Position numbers and translations under genes: made by a program
Assembly (NCBI GenBank): GCA_001662655.1
Contig: KV460234.1
Length of the DNA stretch: 64,000 nt
From: Pseudogymnoascus verrucosus
Lineage: Eukaryota
Direction: 5' to 3' (one strand)
The notes under the pieces: model-generated
Database searches by the model: none
What the model was told of the DNA's origin: nothing
The model's input: the letters and a program-made list of their open reading frames with translations, nothing else
Shown here: positions 38,891-51,432 of the stretch, one piece after another
Layout: the number at the start of each line of letters is the position of its first letter
How positions within the stretch are numbered: the stretch's first letter is position 1

Positions 38891-39691
38891 AGTTGAAATT
38901 TGATTTATGGACTTTTCAACCTTTGAATTTGTTTCTTGCACTCGAGCAGTTTTAATTATTAATGACTCAAGGAAAAGAATAATGCGACTTAATACAGAGT
39001 AAACAAGTGACTTTGCAAGTTATAATTAATAAGAGTAGTCACTCACTACCCAACATAGTTTTAGTACTAAACAATCAAAGGCGCAAACTATTCACACCAC
39101 AAGCAAGACCTCGAAAATAAAAAAAATAAAAAATCGTCACGGTGAGCGTCATCCCGTATAGTATAAGTCTACATGCACACATGTACCACACTATAAATCC
39201 AAACCCCTCAAAATTACAAACACCCAGTGCAAATCCCCCCTCGTATCACAATATGCAAGCACTACAACCCAACCAATCCAACCCCGCACCACCCCCGAAG
39301 CCACCCTGCATCAACAAAAATATCAAATCTAATTATAGCCCACCCACCACCACCACCACCCCTCTATCGCCCGCCGTCGATCATCAGTCGTCAATCCCCA
39401 AAAAGCCAAGCCAGCGCTGGCCTACATGCGCTGAGCTGAGCTGCATCTCTTTTGTAGCCCTCGGATAATCCCTCCCCCTCTCCCTCCATCCATACAGCGT
39501 GTGCCCAGCCCACCGCCCATCCGTCCGCTCGACCCCTCCATCCATCCCCGCCGTTACCGCTGCTGCGCCCTCATCCTCCCATTCCTTCCACCAGCACCAC
39601 CGACTACCGCCTCAGCCACTACCGCAAAAAAACCCCAGCGCCTACATACATGCCTATCTGACTCGTACATTCCCCAACCTACAAAACAAAG

Positions 39692-41057
39692 ATGACATCC
39701 CCCACCCCATCACCACGCGCCCCCTTCCCCCCCTCCCCCGACGGCGCGGCCGCGCCGGAGCTGGACCACGCGCCTGCGCTGTCGTCGGCGAATGCAAGGG
39801 CGAGGTTTGAGTTTGAGGCCGGGAGGGGGGCGGAGGGGAGTAAAGTTTTGATGGTTGAGTGGAGTACACCCCTCAGAGCTTCTGGTAGTGAGGAGGAGGA
39901 GAAGGAGGGTAAAGAGGAGGAGGAGGAGGTGTGGGAAGTTAGTTGGGAGGGTAAGGCGAGGGGTGTTGTTTATGGAAGCGGCAGCGCGACGGTGGATGAG
40001 AGCGAGGCTGCGGCCGGGGAGGTGACGGGGAAGGTAAACACGCATCGATTATACTTCCTCCTCCCACCGCAGACACCGGTTCCGCGACTTGTAAATATCT
40101 CCCGCCGCGCCGCCCCCGCCTCCGAGGCCCTCCACACAAACCCCCTCCCCGCGATCTTCCCACCCGAACTCGGGGCCTCAGCACGGACAGCGGGTAGGAA
40201 GGGGGTATTGCATACGCGGTGGGCGAAGCGGAGGGTAGCGGTGCTTGAGAAGGAGATTGAGAAGGAGGGGGAGGGTGGGGAGGGCGTGGGCTGGGAGATG
40301 GCTGTTAGAGAGCGGGTGTGGATTGAGGAGAATTTTGGGGTTGGGAAAGGTGCGGGGAAGGGGGAGGGAGGGGATGGGGGTGGGAGTGGGAATGGGAATG
40401 TCAGTGGGAAGATGCCGGGGAGTCCGTTGGGGAGAGTCGCGGGGAGGATGGGGGGGTTGAAACTAGGGACTAGTCCGGGGGAATTGGATGTTCATGGTGA
40501 GTTTTCTTTCCTCTTTCTAATTTCACTCTCCCATTTCTTCATCTCAACTCGCTGTCTTGCCCCCTCGATCACAAAACTAACACCCCAAAGCCCCAGAGCC
40601 ACTCAACCCCCTCTCCCCCGCCCCCTCCGACATCGCCATCGCCGCCCCGGCATTCGCTCTCTTCCACTCCCCCGCGCCCTCCTCCACTCCACAATCCTCC
40701 CAAACCTCCCAAACAACCTTACCCCCACAAACGCGCGCCGCACCAGCGATAGTATCACAACTCCCACCCGCCTCCATCATCGCACAACAGGCCTCCACAG
40801 GGGATGGGCGACTGATGAGCTCGCTTGATGCGTTGGCGGGGGGTGATACTGCTAGTGCTGGGGGGAGGTGGACGTCTGTGGAGAGTAGCGCGGTGGGTGG
40901 AGGTGCGGGTGCGGGTGCGGGGGCTGGGGAGGATGAGGAGGGAGGGGATGGAGAGGGGAAGGATGAGTTATTCGCTATTCCACCACGGGAGAGGGGGCCG
41001 GAGATGGCGAGGAGTCCGTTTAGTCTTGTTAGCGAGGAGGTTGTGCCGTGGCGGTGA
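39692..41057 (+). CDS. Conserved-looking fungal hypothetical protein, 2 exons
   Basis: ARFEFEAGRG..KVLMVEW, NPLPAIFPPELGASA..GRKGVLHT.WAKRR and C-terminal LFAIPPR..EMARSPFSL. Intron from ~40497. Confidence 0.72.
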
Positions 41058-41993
41058 CGTTTGGGGGTTGTTTGAGAGGGTGGAGGAGGGGGAATGTGCA
41101 CGCTCGCTATATACCCTTTCTGTTGATTGATAGTGGTGGTTGTTAACATATAGCACACCTGGGTCAAGCCCGGTAATATCCCAGCAATGGTGAACATATA
41201 GGTTTGATCATATGTTGACTATTACAAAATTGAATAGCTATATCACCATGTTGCTACCCGTTCTCATATACCATATAAACCTCATAATTCTGTTGACCAT
41301 CTCTTCCATGGGAGAGAGATAGACAGGAGTGAAATATCATGATGCCCACATGCCCATAGGGTATAATCCATTTCATCCCATCTGCAAGTAGGATATCAAT
41401 CTAAAATAAGATCGACTCACCCAACCATCTTGTAGGTATAGGTAGCGAAAATTAACTTTTGAAAATAGATATAGTACAAGTAGCGCCATATGATAACATC
41501 ATAAACTAATAAAGACTCTCGCCCTTTAGACTTCCACTAAGTCGACTCATTGCCACCTACTTCAGAACACTGTTGCTTCTCACTGTCTACTCATTACAGA
41601 GCTCAGACACAGCTGTCGTTCAACGTAATGTGACAGTGGCATGGTTATATATAAATGAAAACTCCTTTATATACTCGTTCACTTGCATCCGCAACTGAAT
41701 GGGTGTCCTGTGTCTGTGGCTCAAGTGTTGAAATATATGCTGGCACTAGCAACATATTAATACACCCAACTAAACTGGCTATTTATGGGTCATTATATCT
41801 TTTCGTTTTATCTTCTCCTTGTTCGGCATATTAGGGGATTACGTGGCGTAGTGGTGAAGAGAAGCCTCGTGCAGTAGGTTTCTGCTTACAAATCCCATCT
41901 TAGCATAAAAGTTCCTGATCCTCGGCCCGACATACCATGAGGATCTGATCTGATATTGATATTCATATTTACATTCCCTAATAATCATTTTCC

Positions 41994-43374
41994 ATGAGTG
42001 CTGAAGAATTCCTCGCGGACGCTGAGGGCGGCAAGTTGCCAGTAGACTGCTACGATCGCGTGTTACAGATAGCATTCATCTATATGGATGAGGGGCTGTG
42101 GAAGGGCAACGGCGTATTTGATGTCGTAGAAAAGCTACACGCACGCGGGTGGTCGTTCGGCGAAGGGGAGTTGAAGTTTAATCGGTAAGTTACGATCCCT
42201 AATATAACCAAAACGAAGACTGATAATCGCCAGCACCCTAGATATATTCTACCTCGCCCAGCTCGTAGCGGCCATCTACCGCTCCTCCTCCCAACTCAAC
42301 GGCGACTTCCCCTCCCCCTCTGACTTCCCCGCCTTCTACGCTACGCACCGCGCCCTCCTCTACCCCTCCGCATGGCGCTCCTACTACTCCGCCACCTTCC
42401 TCACACAGCGCACATCAGCCCGCTTCTACCGCCTGCCCGACCTCCAAGACCTGCCCGACTCCTCCTCCCCGCTAGGGCAGCCGCGCCAGCGACCCCCCCT
42501 GACCGCCGCCGGCGCACACGCCACGAAACTCCCCCGCTGGGCCCACAGCGTCGCGCGCACGCGCCGCAGACAGCCCTCCCTCCCGCTACCGACTTTCACC
42601 CGGCTAGCCCTCAGCACGCTTGAGGCGACCACCGCGCGCCTGCGCGCGGTCCACCCAAGCGTGCTGCCCTACTCCGAGACGCAGGCGCGCTTCTGGCTCG
42701 AGCACATGAAGCTCGGTGCGCCCAGACCGTCTGGCTCGGCCAAGGAAGCGTGGAAGCCGAATGGCTTCGGTGTGCTGGTCGCGCAGGGCGCGTTCGATGT
42801 GTGTGCGTGGGAAGGGAAGTACTCGGCGCAGCTGTGGGAGGCGAGTGGGGAGGGGAGGGAGGTCGCGGAGCCGGATTTGGATGGCGTGTGGGAGAGCGAG
42901 GTGCAGTGGTGTGGGTTGCCGGATGGTGGGATCGGGGTGCAGGCGTGGTGGAGGGGGTGGGAGGGGGAGGTGGGGAGTGAGGAGGAGGTGGAGTTTTTGG
43001 CTGCTGTTGCGGTGGAGGAGACAGTGGGGGTGGAGGTTGGTGAGTTGGACTTTGCGGTGCGGTCGCATGTGTTTTTGGGGGTGATGCGGGGTGCGGTTGA
43101 GGGGGTGCAGGAGAGAGAAGTTTTTCTGGAGGAATTGAAGAGGGGAATGGTGGCGAAGGGGAGGATTGCGGAGGAAAGGGCAGGGAGGTGGCTAAGGGAG
43201 GCCCTGGCGGTCGTGGAGCCGTATGTGAGGACGTGGGAGGGTGCGTGGCCTGGTGCGGAGGAGAGGGAAAAGGTGCTACAGCGGATCTTGGTGGAGAATG
43301 GGCAGCTCTTCGCGAGATGGAAGGTCTCACCGCTCTTGAACGAGTTTAACTTTGAGCTAGGTGCGAGGGAGTAG
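41994..43374 (+). CDS. Hypothetical protein with an internally duplicated domain, 2 exons
   Basis: Intron ~42185-42233 joins FNR to TLDIFYLAQL; the frame stays open to TAG at 43374. Confidence 0.75.
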
Positions 43375-43500
43375 CATGCATGCCTCTATTCGGATATTCA
43401 GGACAATGGTATGACTTTGTTTAAGGTATACTCATCTACATAAGTATGTATACTACCATACATCCCCGTCTCACCACTAGCAGGACTTGCACACTCTCCC

Positions 43501-46500
43501 CTACGCACAAGTCCCAAAAGCTACCTGGCATCCCGTCCTACAATACGCATTCGTGTCTCCGCAATACCCATGCTCAGAGCAACACTCACTGAACGCCGAC
43601 CTAGCGCACGCCGCCCCGCTCGGGTCGCTCGCCTGGCTACACGTCCCGTCCGTAGACACCGGCGGGCCGCTCGGAGAACAAGTCCCGAAATCAGTCTAGG
43701 AACCGGTGCCACAATACGCAGTCGCGTCCCCGCAGAAGCCGCTCGCGGAGCAGCAGTTACCGAACATCGACCCTGCGCACGTCGCGCCTCCGGGGGTGCT
43801 GGCGGAGCTGCAAGTGCCGTCTGTCGACACCGGTGGACCGCCCCCACTGGCATCGCAGGTCCCGAAGTCGCTCTAGCACCCCGTGCCGCAGTGCCCGCTC
43901 GTGTCGCCGCAGTAGCCGTACTCCAAGCAGCAGTCGCCGAAGGGCGTGCCGGTGCAGAATGTTCCGCCGTTGTTAGCACCGCAAAGGCCGTTGGTGGAGG
44001 GATTCGATGTGGCAGATGGGACGGCAGAGGTCGTGGTTAACGTCTAGGTGCCCGTCGTCGAGGCTTCATTCGAGGCCAGCACGATCTCCGTGGTATACGT
44101 CGACTTCGAGGTCTCCTCCACGGTAGTCGTGAAGATCTCCGTGTAGCCGGGGCCCCACGGCTCGGGCGTGTACAGAGCTGCGGTCTCCGTGCGTGTGTTG
44201 CTCTACGTAACCGGCGAGCGGCTCGGGAGACTGGCCGTGTCGCTGATGAGCTGGCGCTGGCGCAGCGGCAGCGGCGGCGGATCCATCCCCGCGGATCGCT
44301 TCCCGAAGACGAAATCGTAGCCTTCGAATGAACAGGACAGCTTGGGACCGCCAGCGGACACGATCGCGCGCTCGACGCAGCCGGACTTCATGAAGAAGGG
44401 CAGCTGGAAGTAGGCGTGTGCATACCGCGTGGAGGTGCGCTCGTTCCATCGCTAGTCCGTTAGGGCGCCGCAGCCCTTCTCTTCAGATTTCAGCTTCGAG
44501 CCGCCGTCTGTGCTCCAGCCGTCGATGTTGTATACTTGGAATATGTAGAAGAAATCGGAGATCCTAGTTGCTGTCAGCTTTCACCGTCCGCCATCCAGTT
44601 TCTTGCGCCAGGGGTCGGGGTTAGGGGAACAGAGAGAACTTCTCGACTTACTAGTAGGCACAGTTAGCACGCGCGGTCGTCGGCACCACTACCGTCACCG
44701 TCTTGGTCGGCGTGTTTATCACAGTCGAGGTTTTGATAACCGTGATAGTCTCCGTCAAACCGAATTGTTTATCGGCAAAAGTCGATCCATCGTAGCCCGC
44801 CGGATTCGTCGGCGCGAATGCCAGTGGGATCTGCTTCCCGTTGATAATCGTCTGGTCAGCCACCCCTTCCGCAGACAAGGCCCTCGATACATCGGGGTCT
44901 ATCGAGCACTGCGGACTGCCGGGCGTCGTTCTGACTGTGGTATCCTGTCCGTTGCAAGCCGTGCTCGTCACGCAGTTGGTCTGTCTCGAAGTTAGCTTTC
45001 CGCCCTCTCTAACTCAAGGTCCAGGTCGACTTACCTCTGTTGTCGTCGTGGACGAAGCTAGGTACCAAGCGCTGTAACTCGTGACTAGATACGTGCACGC
45101 CGATGCCGTGGCGGGGACGTCGCAGTCGTTGCCGCTATCGCCGCCGTTGGAACCCTGCGTGTTTCCGTAGCCGCCCGGAATGAGACAGCCGACGCCACCG
45201 CATGATCCGAGGGGGCAGCTGGGTATGCAGCCGAAGATGCCACAGCCGCCGCCGCAGCCGAACAGGCCGCAGCCTGTTGTGCAGCCGAAGATGCCGCAGT
45301 CGCGCTTTCCGCACCCGGACCCTGTGCAGCCGGGAGGAGTCGGGTTGGGATTAGGCTTGATGGTGACGGGTGCTGCCGGAATTGGGGGATCGGGATGGAT
45401 GACCGAGTAGGTTGGCTGGGGTTGGATGGTGACGGGGACAGGAGTCGGGTGGAATGTGACGGGGGGGATGATGAGTAGTGGTACATCCGTGTCTGTAGAC
45501 GTCGCTAGTGTTGGGGAAGTGACGGGGAAGGTGGCGTGGTTCGGAGGAACAGTCCATACAAAGGATACTGGAGTGATGCTCTGGACAGGGTTGACTTTGT
45601 AGTTTGCTGTGTCTGTAGATTGCAGTGTCACGGGGTGAAGACTGACATCTGTGATGGTAAAGGTCGGGACGGGGATTGTCGTCGTCTTCACATAGACGCC
45701 ACTGCCGGCTACGTCAGAAGACAGGAGCGTTGTTGTCAAAGCTGGCCAGCTAGTCACAGCGTGAGGGGCACTGAGTGGATATGGTGGGAAGACAACGATG
45801 CAGGGAGGATTACAGCCCGTCCACCGATCGGAGGAGCTCCAGATGCTCGGCGGGGGATACACGATATTTGTAGAGGGGCCAGAAGCAATGGTATCGCCGC
45901 CGAAGCCTTCTAGATCAATGGCCCAATCGACAACTCCACCTATATTGAGGAGTTTGTAAAGGGCTTTCTGATCTGCCTTGACGTCGCTGTCTATGTAGCC
46001 GACCCACTGCGTGGACTCGTACACAGCAACATTCGACTGGCTGTCGGTGTCGAAATATGTCGAGTAGGATGTGATCGGCTGCAGAGCTCTAGATGGAGTC
46101 TTCTAAGTCCCGGTCCCATTAAGGATGGCGTTGATCTCGGCATTCGCGATGTAACCTGCGGTTCCAGTGCATGGCCCGGGATAGGCTCCGGAGTCTCTGC
46201 CGGTGTATGTGCACATGGGACCAGTGCAGCCGGGTGTTGTCATTTGGAACGAGCGGCCGTAGCTTGTGATGCCGACAACGATCTTGCTTGACGGCACGCC
46301 GGCCTTGGTGATCATAGATAGCGCGAGGAGGGTCTCGGTGATGTTGGTCTGCGAACGCAGACAGTTGCCGGCTGGGCAGCCGTCGATCGCGTGCTGGTTT
46401 GCATAGTCCCACTGGCCGTGGAGATTATAAGTCATGTAGACGATGTAATCGGCTAGGGCTGCCATCTCGTCGATGTGGTAACCCCTAACATACCAGAACG

Positions 46501-47995
46501 AAGCCGGAGCGCAGAACGAGACCAACTTGCTAGAAGGCATCGCTGCTCGCAGCTTTGTGAAGAAGGTGAGGTAGTTCGCTGCATCCTCGGCAGTTCCTAT
46601 CTTCTAAGTCAGTTTGCTCCAAGAAACTCATGAGAGGCAGGTCATGTACCTGGTGGAATGTCGGGGATGTCTGGTGCAGCAGGATCTACGACTCAGGTTA
46701 ATACCGTTCCTCGTTGGAAAGGCCATAGCTAACTTACATTCCCAGTCTATATCAATACCATCTAGGTCATGCTCTGTTACAAACGAGACGATGTTCGCAA
46801 CAAACGTGTCCTGATTACCTGGCCTGACCGCATCGCGGAAAATGTGATACGTAGGCGGTTCGGCGGAGAAGCTCCAGCCGCCGAGCGACAGGATCTTCTT
46901 GAAGCCAGACAACTGCTTGAACAGCTCCCACTGGACCTAGATAGGGCTGACGTCGACGGCGTAGCTCGAGGAGACGTGGCCGAATGCCAGATGGATATGC
47001 GTGTAGGGGGTCAGGTCCATGGCGGTGATCTTCATGTTCAGGCAGGGGCGGTCGAGGTTGTAGCCTTCGAAGTAGCCGATGCTGATGTACTCGGCCGGGG
47101 CGGAGCCGATGACGATGCTGGTTCCGCAGTTGGAGATGCAGCCGTTCTCGCCCGGGGCTGATGTTCCTGGTGCTCCTGTTAGCGACTCGGATTCGGTGCA
47201 GAAGTCCTTGTTGATACTGCATTGGCCGTGCTTGTTCTAGAGACGGGTTGGGTTAGCTGTTGCAAGGCACAAACTGGGGAGCTCATAGATGAGGTCAGAG
47301 GGGCATACACAGCAGGCGTTGAGCAGACAAGGGTTCAAGCTCGCAAGAGTCGTGCCCGGTCCTGGCTGTTCCGTTCCCGGCTTCTGTGGTCCACAGACGG
47401 CATTCGCAATCGGCGCCGGCATAGGCGGCGCACCCGTGCTCAGGCAGATGAACTGGAACGCCTGAACATTCACGCAGCCCTGCCAGCCCCAAGTATTTTT
47501 GTTGAAGCTCTCGATCTCGACATTCGTGAGGCTGTTCGCTGCGCCGAGGGATGAGCAGTTCTCGTCGGTCTCGACGTAGTGCGCGGCGCAGGTTCCATCG
47601 GGGTTCGGCTTTGGACGAAAGTCGGGCATCGTGCCGGCGGAGCAGCAGACGTGCTGGCCGACTATCAGGGTGGAGCAGAGGGTGCTGCCGGGATTGTAGA
47701 CGGTGAAGTCGTAGGGGGAGATGCCGCACTCGGCTGCTAAAGCTTCGCCTGAACAAATCATCAGTGGCTGTCCGTCGGAGGACTTTTCTACTGAGAGTTA
47801 CTCACAAGTATCCCCAGAGATAACCTGGATAGTCGAACACAGGGCTCGTCGATCAAACATGCTTGAGCTGCGATGTGTCAACGGGGTGGTGCGGGCAGTG
47901 CTGTTTCCAACGCTGGCAGTGCTGTTGCTGACAAGACTCGGCACCGATAATGTGACGTTTAGCCAATCTTCCGCGTCGTCGAAGGAGGTGATGCA
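43501..47995 (-). pseudogene. Subgroup C (killer-toxin-alpha-like) GH18 chitinase with LysM and CBM18 modules, inactivated and 5'-truncated
   Basis: LysM repeats, NAVCGPQKPG, CBM18, GYFEG, KILSLGGW, DGIDIDWE and DWAIDL, then three C-terminal hevein repeats. In-frame TAGs at 46937, 46103, 44653 (split by an intron), 44452, 44203, 44044, 43873 and 43696. Confidence 0.9.
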
Positions 47996-48162
47996 TTGTG
48001 ACGAGTATGTGGATATTCCAAGTGTTTATTTGTGTTTGCTATCGCTAGATATTATGTTATGTTATATTTATGGCGTCGATGCACCGTTCCTGGTAGGTAT
48101 ATGACTTATTATATATTCCCCTCCCCCACCTCCTCCACATCCCCCAATATCCCCCCCCCCCA

Positions 48163-49763
48163 TTAAACCTTCGTCCAAACCCACAACCCCCTACTAGCCA
48201 CCGCCACACTCCTCACACTCCTCGCCACACTCCTCGTCCTCTGCAACCCCTCCCCCTCCCCCTCCCTATTCCCCGCACCCCCCTCCTTCTCCACCCTCTC
48301 CCTCTCCACATCCCTCACCTTCCATGCCCTCACAAACCACAACATCATCGCAGCCCCCACATACATCATCCCCGTAAATACCTGCGCATCCCTATAAATC
48401 GGCTTCTGGTCCCTCCTCAACTCCAACGAAATCACTTCGGCGAACGTACTCGGCAACACCAAAGACACCCACACCAAACTCAGCGCGGAGGGTAAAATCG
48501 ACAACCCCACCACCTCCGCAGTAACAGGCGCAACAGTCGTCCACAGCGTCCCCGCCACCCCACCACCAAGCAGCGCAAAAACAAGAAGCAGCGCATAACT
48601 CTCCGCCGGGATCCACAGCGCGAAGCACAACACCCCGCACCCGAGCGTGCAGAAGAGACACATATTAATCCTCCCCAACGAATCACTAAAATACCCAATC
48701 AACGGCCTCCCAATGCCCTGACCCAAATTCAGAATCGCACCCACGACCGAAGCCTGCGTGGCGGTGAGGCCGATACTAACAGCGTAATTGGGGAGGGAAA
48801 ACAATAAATTGACGTAGCCGATCATGCTGAAGGAGGCCCACGCGAGGGTGAGGAGGAATTGTGGACGCCGAAGGAGACGGAGGTCGAAGGCGTTGTAGAT
48901 TGCTCCTACGGCGATGTTGCGATCGCGGATGAGGAGCGTGGCGATGGAGACTACGGTAAAGGAACAGATTGCTAGGATGCGAAATGCCCACCCTAGACCG
49001 AGGGATTCGATCATCGCCTGTGTGGCGAGGGAGTATATCAGACCCCCTATCCCGGAGCCGGCGGTGCCGATTGAATTCGCGAAACTCCTGCGTTTCTCGA
49101 ACCACTGCGGGACTAAGCCGACGGTGGCGTTAAATATAAGTCCCATGCCGAGACCGAAACATACGCCTTGGGAGAGGAAGAGGTGCCAGATCGAGGTAGC
49201 GAAGGAGGCGCCCAGCAGCGCGGAGGTTTGGAGAACGATCCCCGCGAGGAGGGGGATGTAGATTCCCCACCGCCGGATTAGGTAGGTTGCGAGGGGCGAG
49301 ACGACTTGGGACATTGCGATTGAGAGACCGCCGACGAAGGCGTATTCGAGGGGGGAGGCGCCGGGGAAGAAGCCGTGCTGGAGGTAGTAGGAGAGGAAGA
49401 CGCCGTAGGACTAGAGGGGGACGGTTAGCTTGTGTGCTCATTCCTTACTCTTCAGTCTACCTGGAAATGGGAAAACGGGAGAGGGAGAAGGGAGGAGCTT
49501 ACTGAATTAATCCCCCAAGTATGCGCATTAATCATAAACACACACCCCACAACAACCCATCCATACCCCCCATCAGGCGCAACATCTGGCACCGGGAGCG
49601 CAGCGAGGGGCGCGAGTCCCACGACAACGGGGGTTTTCTCGGTGTCTGTTGTGGAAGAGCCATTGTCAGCGGCGGGGTTGGTTGTCAATTGGCCGGAGGA
49701 GGCGGATTTGGAGTCGTGCTGAGGGTGGGAGGTGGAGAGGGCGGCGGCAGTGGTGGTGGCCAT
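48163..49763 (-). CDS. MFS monocarboxylate-porter-like (Mch-type) transporter, 2 exons
   Basis: PDGGYGWVVV..INAHTWGINS, PQWFEKRRSFAN and GRPLIGYFSDSLGRIN; about 12 TM segments. Confidence 0.92.
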
Positions 49764-50165
49764 TCTCGAGGGGAAGGTTGGCTGGTGGTGCTGGTGGTGC
49801 TGGTGGGTGTTGCCAGTATCACTTCTCCCGGTATGGTATTGTTTGATGAGGGGGAGGAGGAGGGCGGTATATTGATAGTATGACCCCGCCCCGTCTAGGC
49901 CGAAGAGCCGGCTTGGTGGTGAGGAGGAGGGTGAGGGGAGGGCGTCGTATATATAATCCTCGATCCTCGATCCTCAGTCCTCAATCTTCGGTGTATATTC
50001 TCTCGCCGTGTTTGACCCGCGGCAGCACCAAGAAGGATATACAACAAAGATATATAAACAGAAAGAACCACAAAAGCAGCCCAGATCAACCTATATTAAT
50101 AAGCTCCATCCATCCACCTCCGTCGAGTCATCCCTCCCCCTCCCCCCCAAGCCTCCAAAAAAAAA

Positions 50166-50201
50166 GATAGCCTAAGAGAAAGCGATAGCCTAAGAGAAAG
50201 C
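50166..50201. repeat. Perfect 18-bp tandem repeat in the MFS promoter
   Basis: GATAGCCTAAGAGAAAGC x2, followed shortly by AACGCC repeats. Confidence 0.85.
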
Positions 50202-51432
50202 GGAGAAAAACCAACGCCAACGCCAACGCCATCGGCAACGCCAAAAGTGTGGAGAGCTACTGCATTCCCGCCGTCCAACTCGCTCTCGGCCATGCGTGCC
50301 CAGGAATGAAAAATTGCCGGCTCCGTTTGCCGCTTAGTGTTGTCGCTGCTGTATGCATGTTGGAGGTGGACGTCCACGAGGTGTACATGTAAGCTAAGTC
50401 TTCTCTTGTGCTACTGCTTCTATTTTATCAGCCTATGACCAGCCTACAACCAGGTGGAAGATACTTCTAAATGGGGTACCGCAGATGCATGGCTCCCGTG
50501 CGACGTTTCGAATGGACTTGCTGTGTTGAGACTAGGCGGGGAAATGGGAATAGTGTGGGAATAACCCCATCCTTGGTATCGAAGTCACGGGATGTATTTC
50601 TTCTCCTCCACACCACGCATCGTAGGCAAAAAACCTTGCTGGATCTACAAATCGGTACGCTGACTACCAAGGAACGTGCCGATAGCCGCTGTGGCCTTAT
50701 ATTTCTGGCCTCTATTATGCAACTGGAATATGGGGATGGGATGGAAGGGGAGGGGAGGCTTATACAGTATACAGTATCAACCTCCGGCGTGGCTTACGTG
50801 ATGGGTTACGGTATACAGTATAAAGAAGCGACTGGTTGCACGACAGAGAAAACCTCGTGGTTGTCATGCTGTTCGTGATTGCGGTGTAGGGGATGGGAGG
50901 ATGTATAGAGTAAGGATGGACGGAGCGTGTACGAGTCATCCTGACGCAGGGTAACAGGCAGATCACCGCACATCACCACCGCCGGCACAATTAGATCACC
51001 AGCAACAACAACAGCAGCAGTCTACAAACTCTCTCTCCGTTCACATCTAGAATTGACCTACATACGTCTACATAAACATCGTGTATCTCCGCAGCTTTGC
51101 TTCGCCAATGCCGCCCATCTGTGGTAGAAAAAGAAAAATCTCAAATTTGGTAAGAAAGACCGCTCGCCGACGCCAGACTCTTGATGATGGAAATATACGC
51201 CTTTGCTTTGCCTCGCTCGCTCGCTCGCTGCGCTCATTGCTCATCTCTTTCCTCCAACCCCCTTTCCCCAAAGATAATCGTACAACCGCGCGCGCGTCCA
51301 AATTAATTGTTTTATCTCCCCCTCCCCATCCCCCTCCCGCCCCGACGCGCGTTCACCTTCCCCACTCCCACGCACGCCTCCCCCAGTATCACTTGATAAC
51401 TTTTAAAGATCAACCACACCCCCAATCCCCTC

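Noticed and set aside
43501..47000. TAG stops as sites of A-to-I editing (UAG to UGG) or programmed readthrough
   Set aside because: Several TAGs sit where Gln (CAG) is expected from the intact third hevein repeat, which editing cannot restore. Parallel G-to-A missense changes and the 5' truncation fit RIP better.
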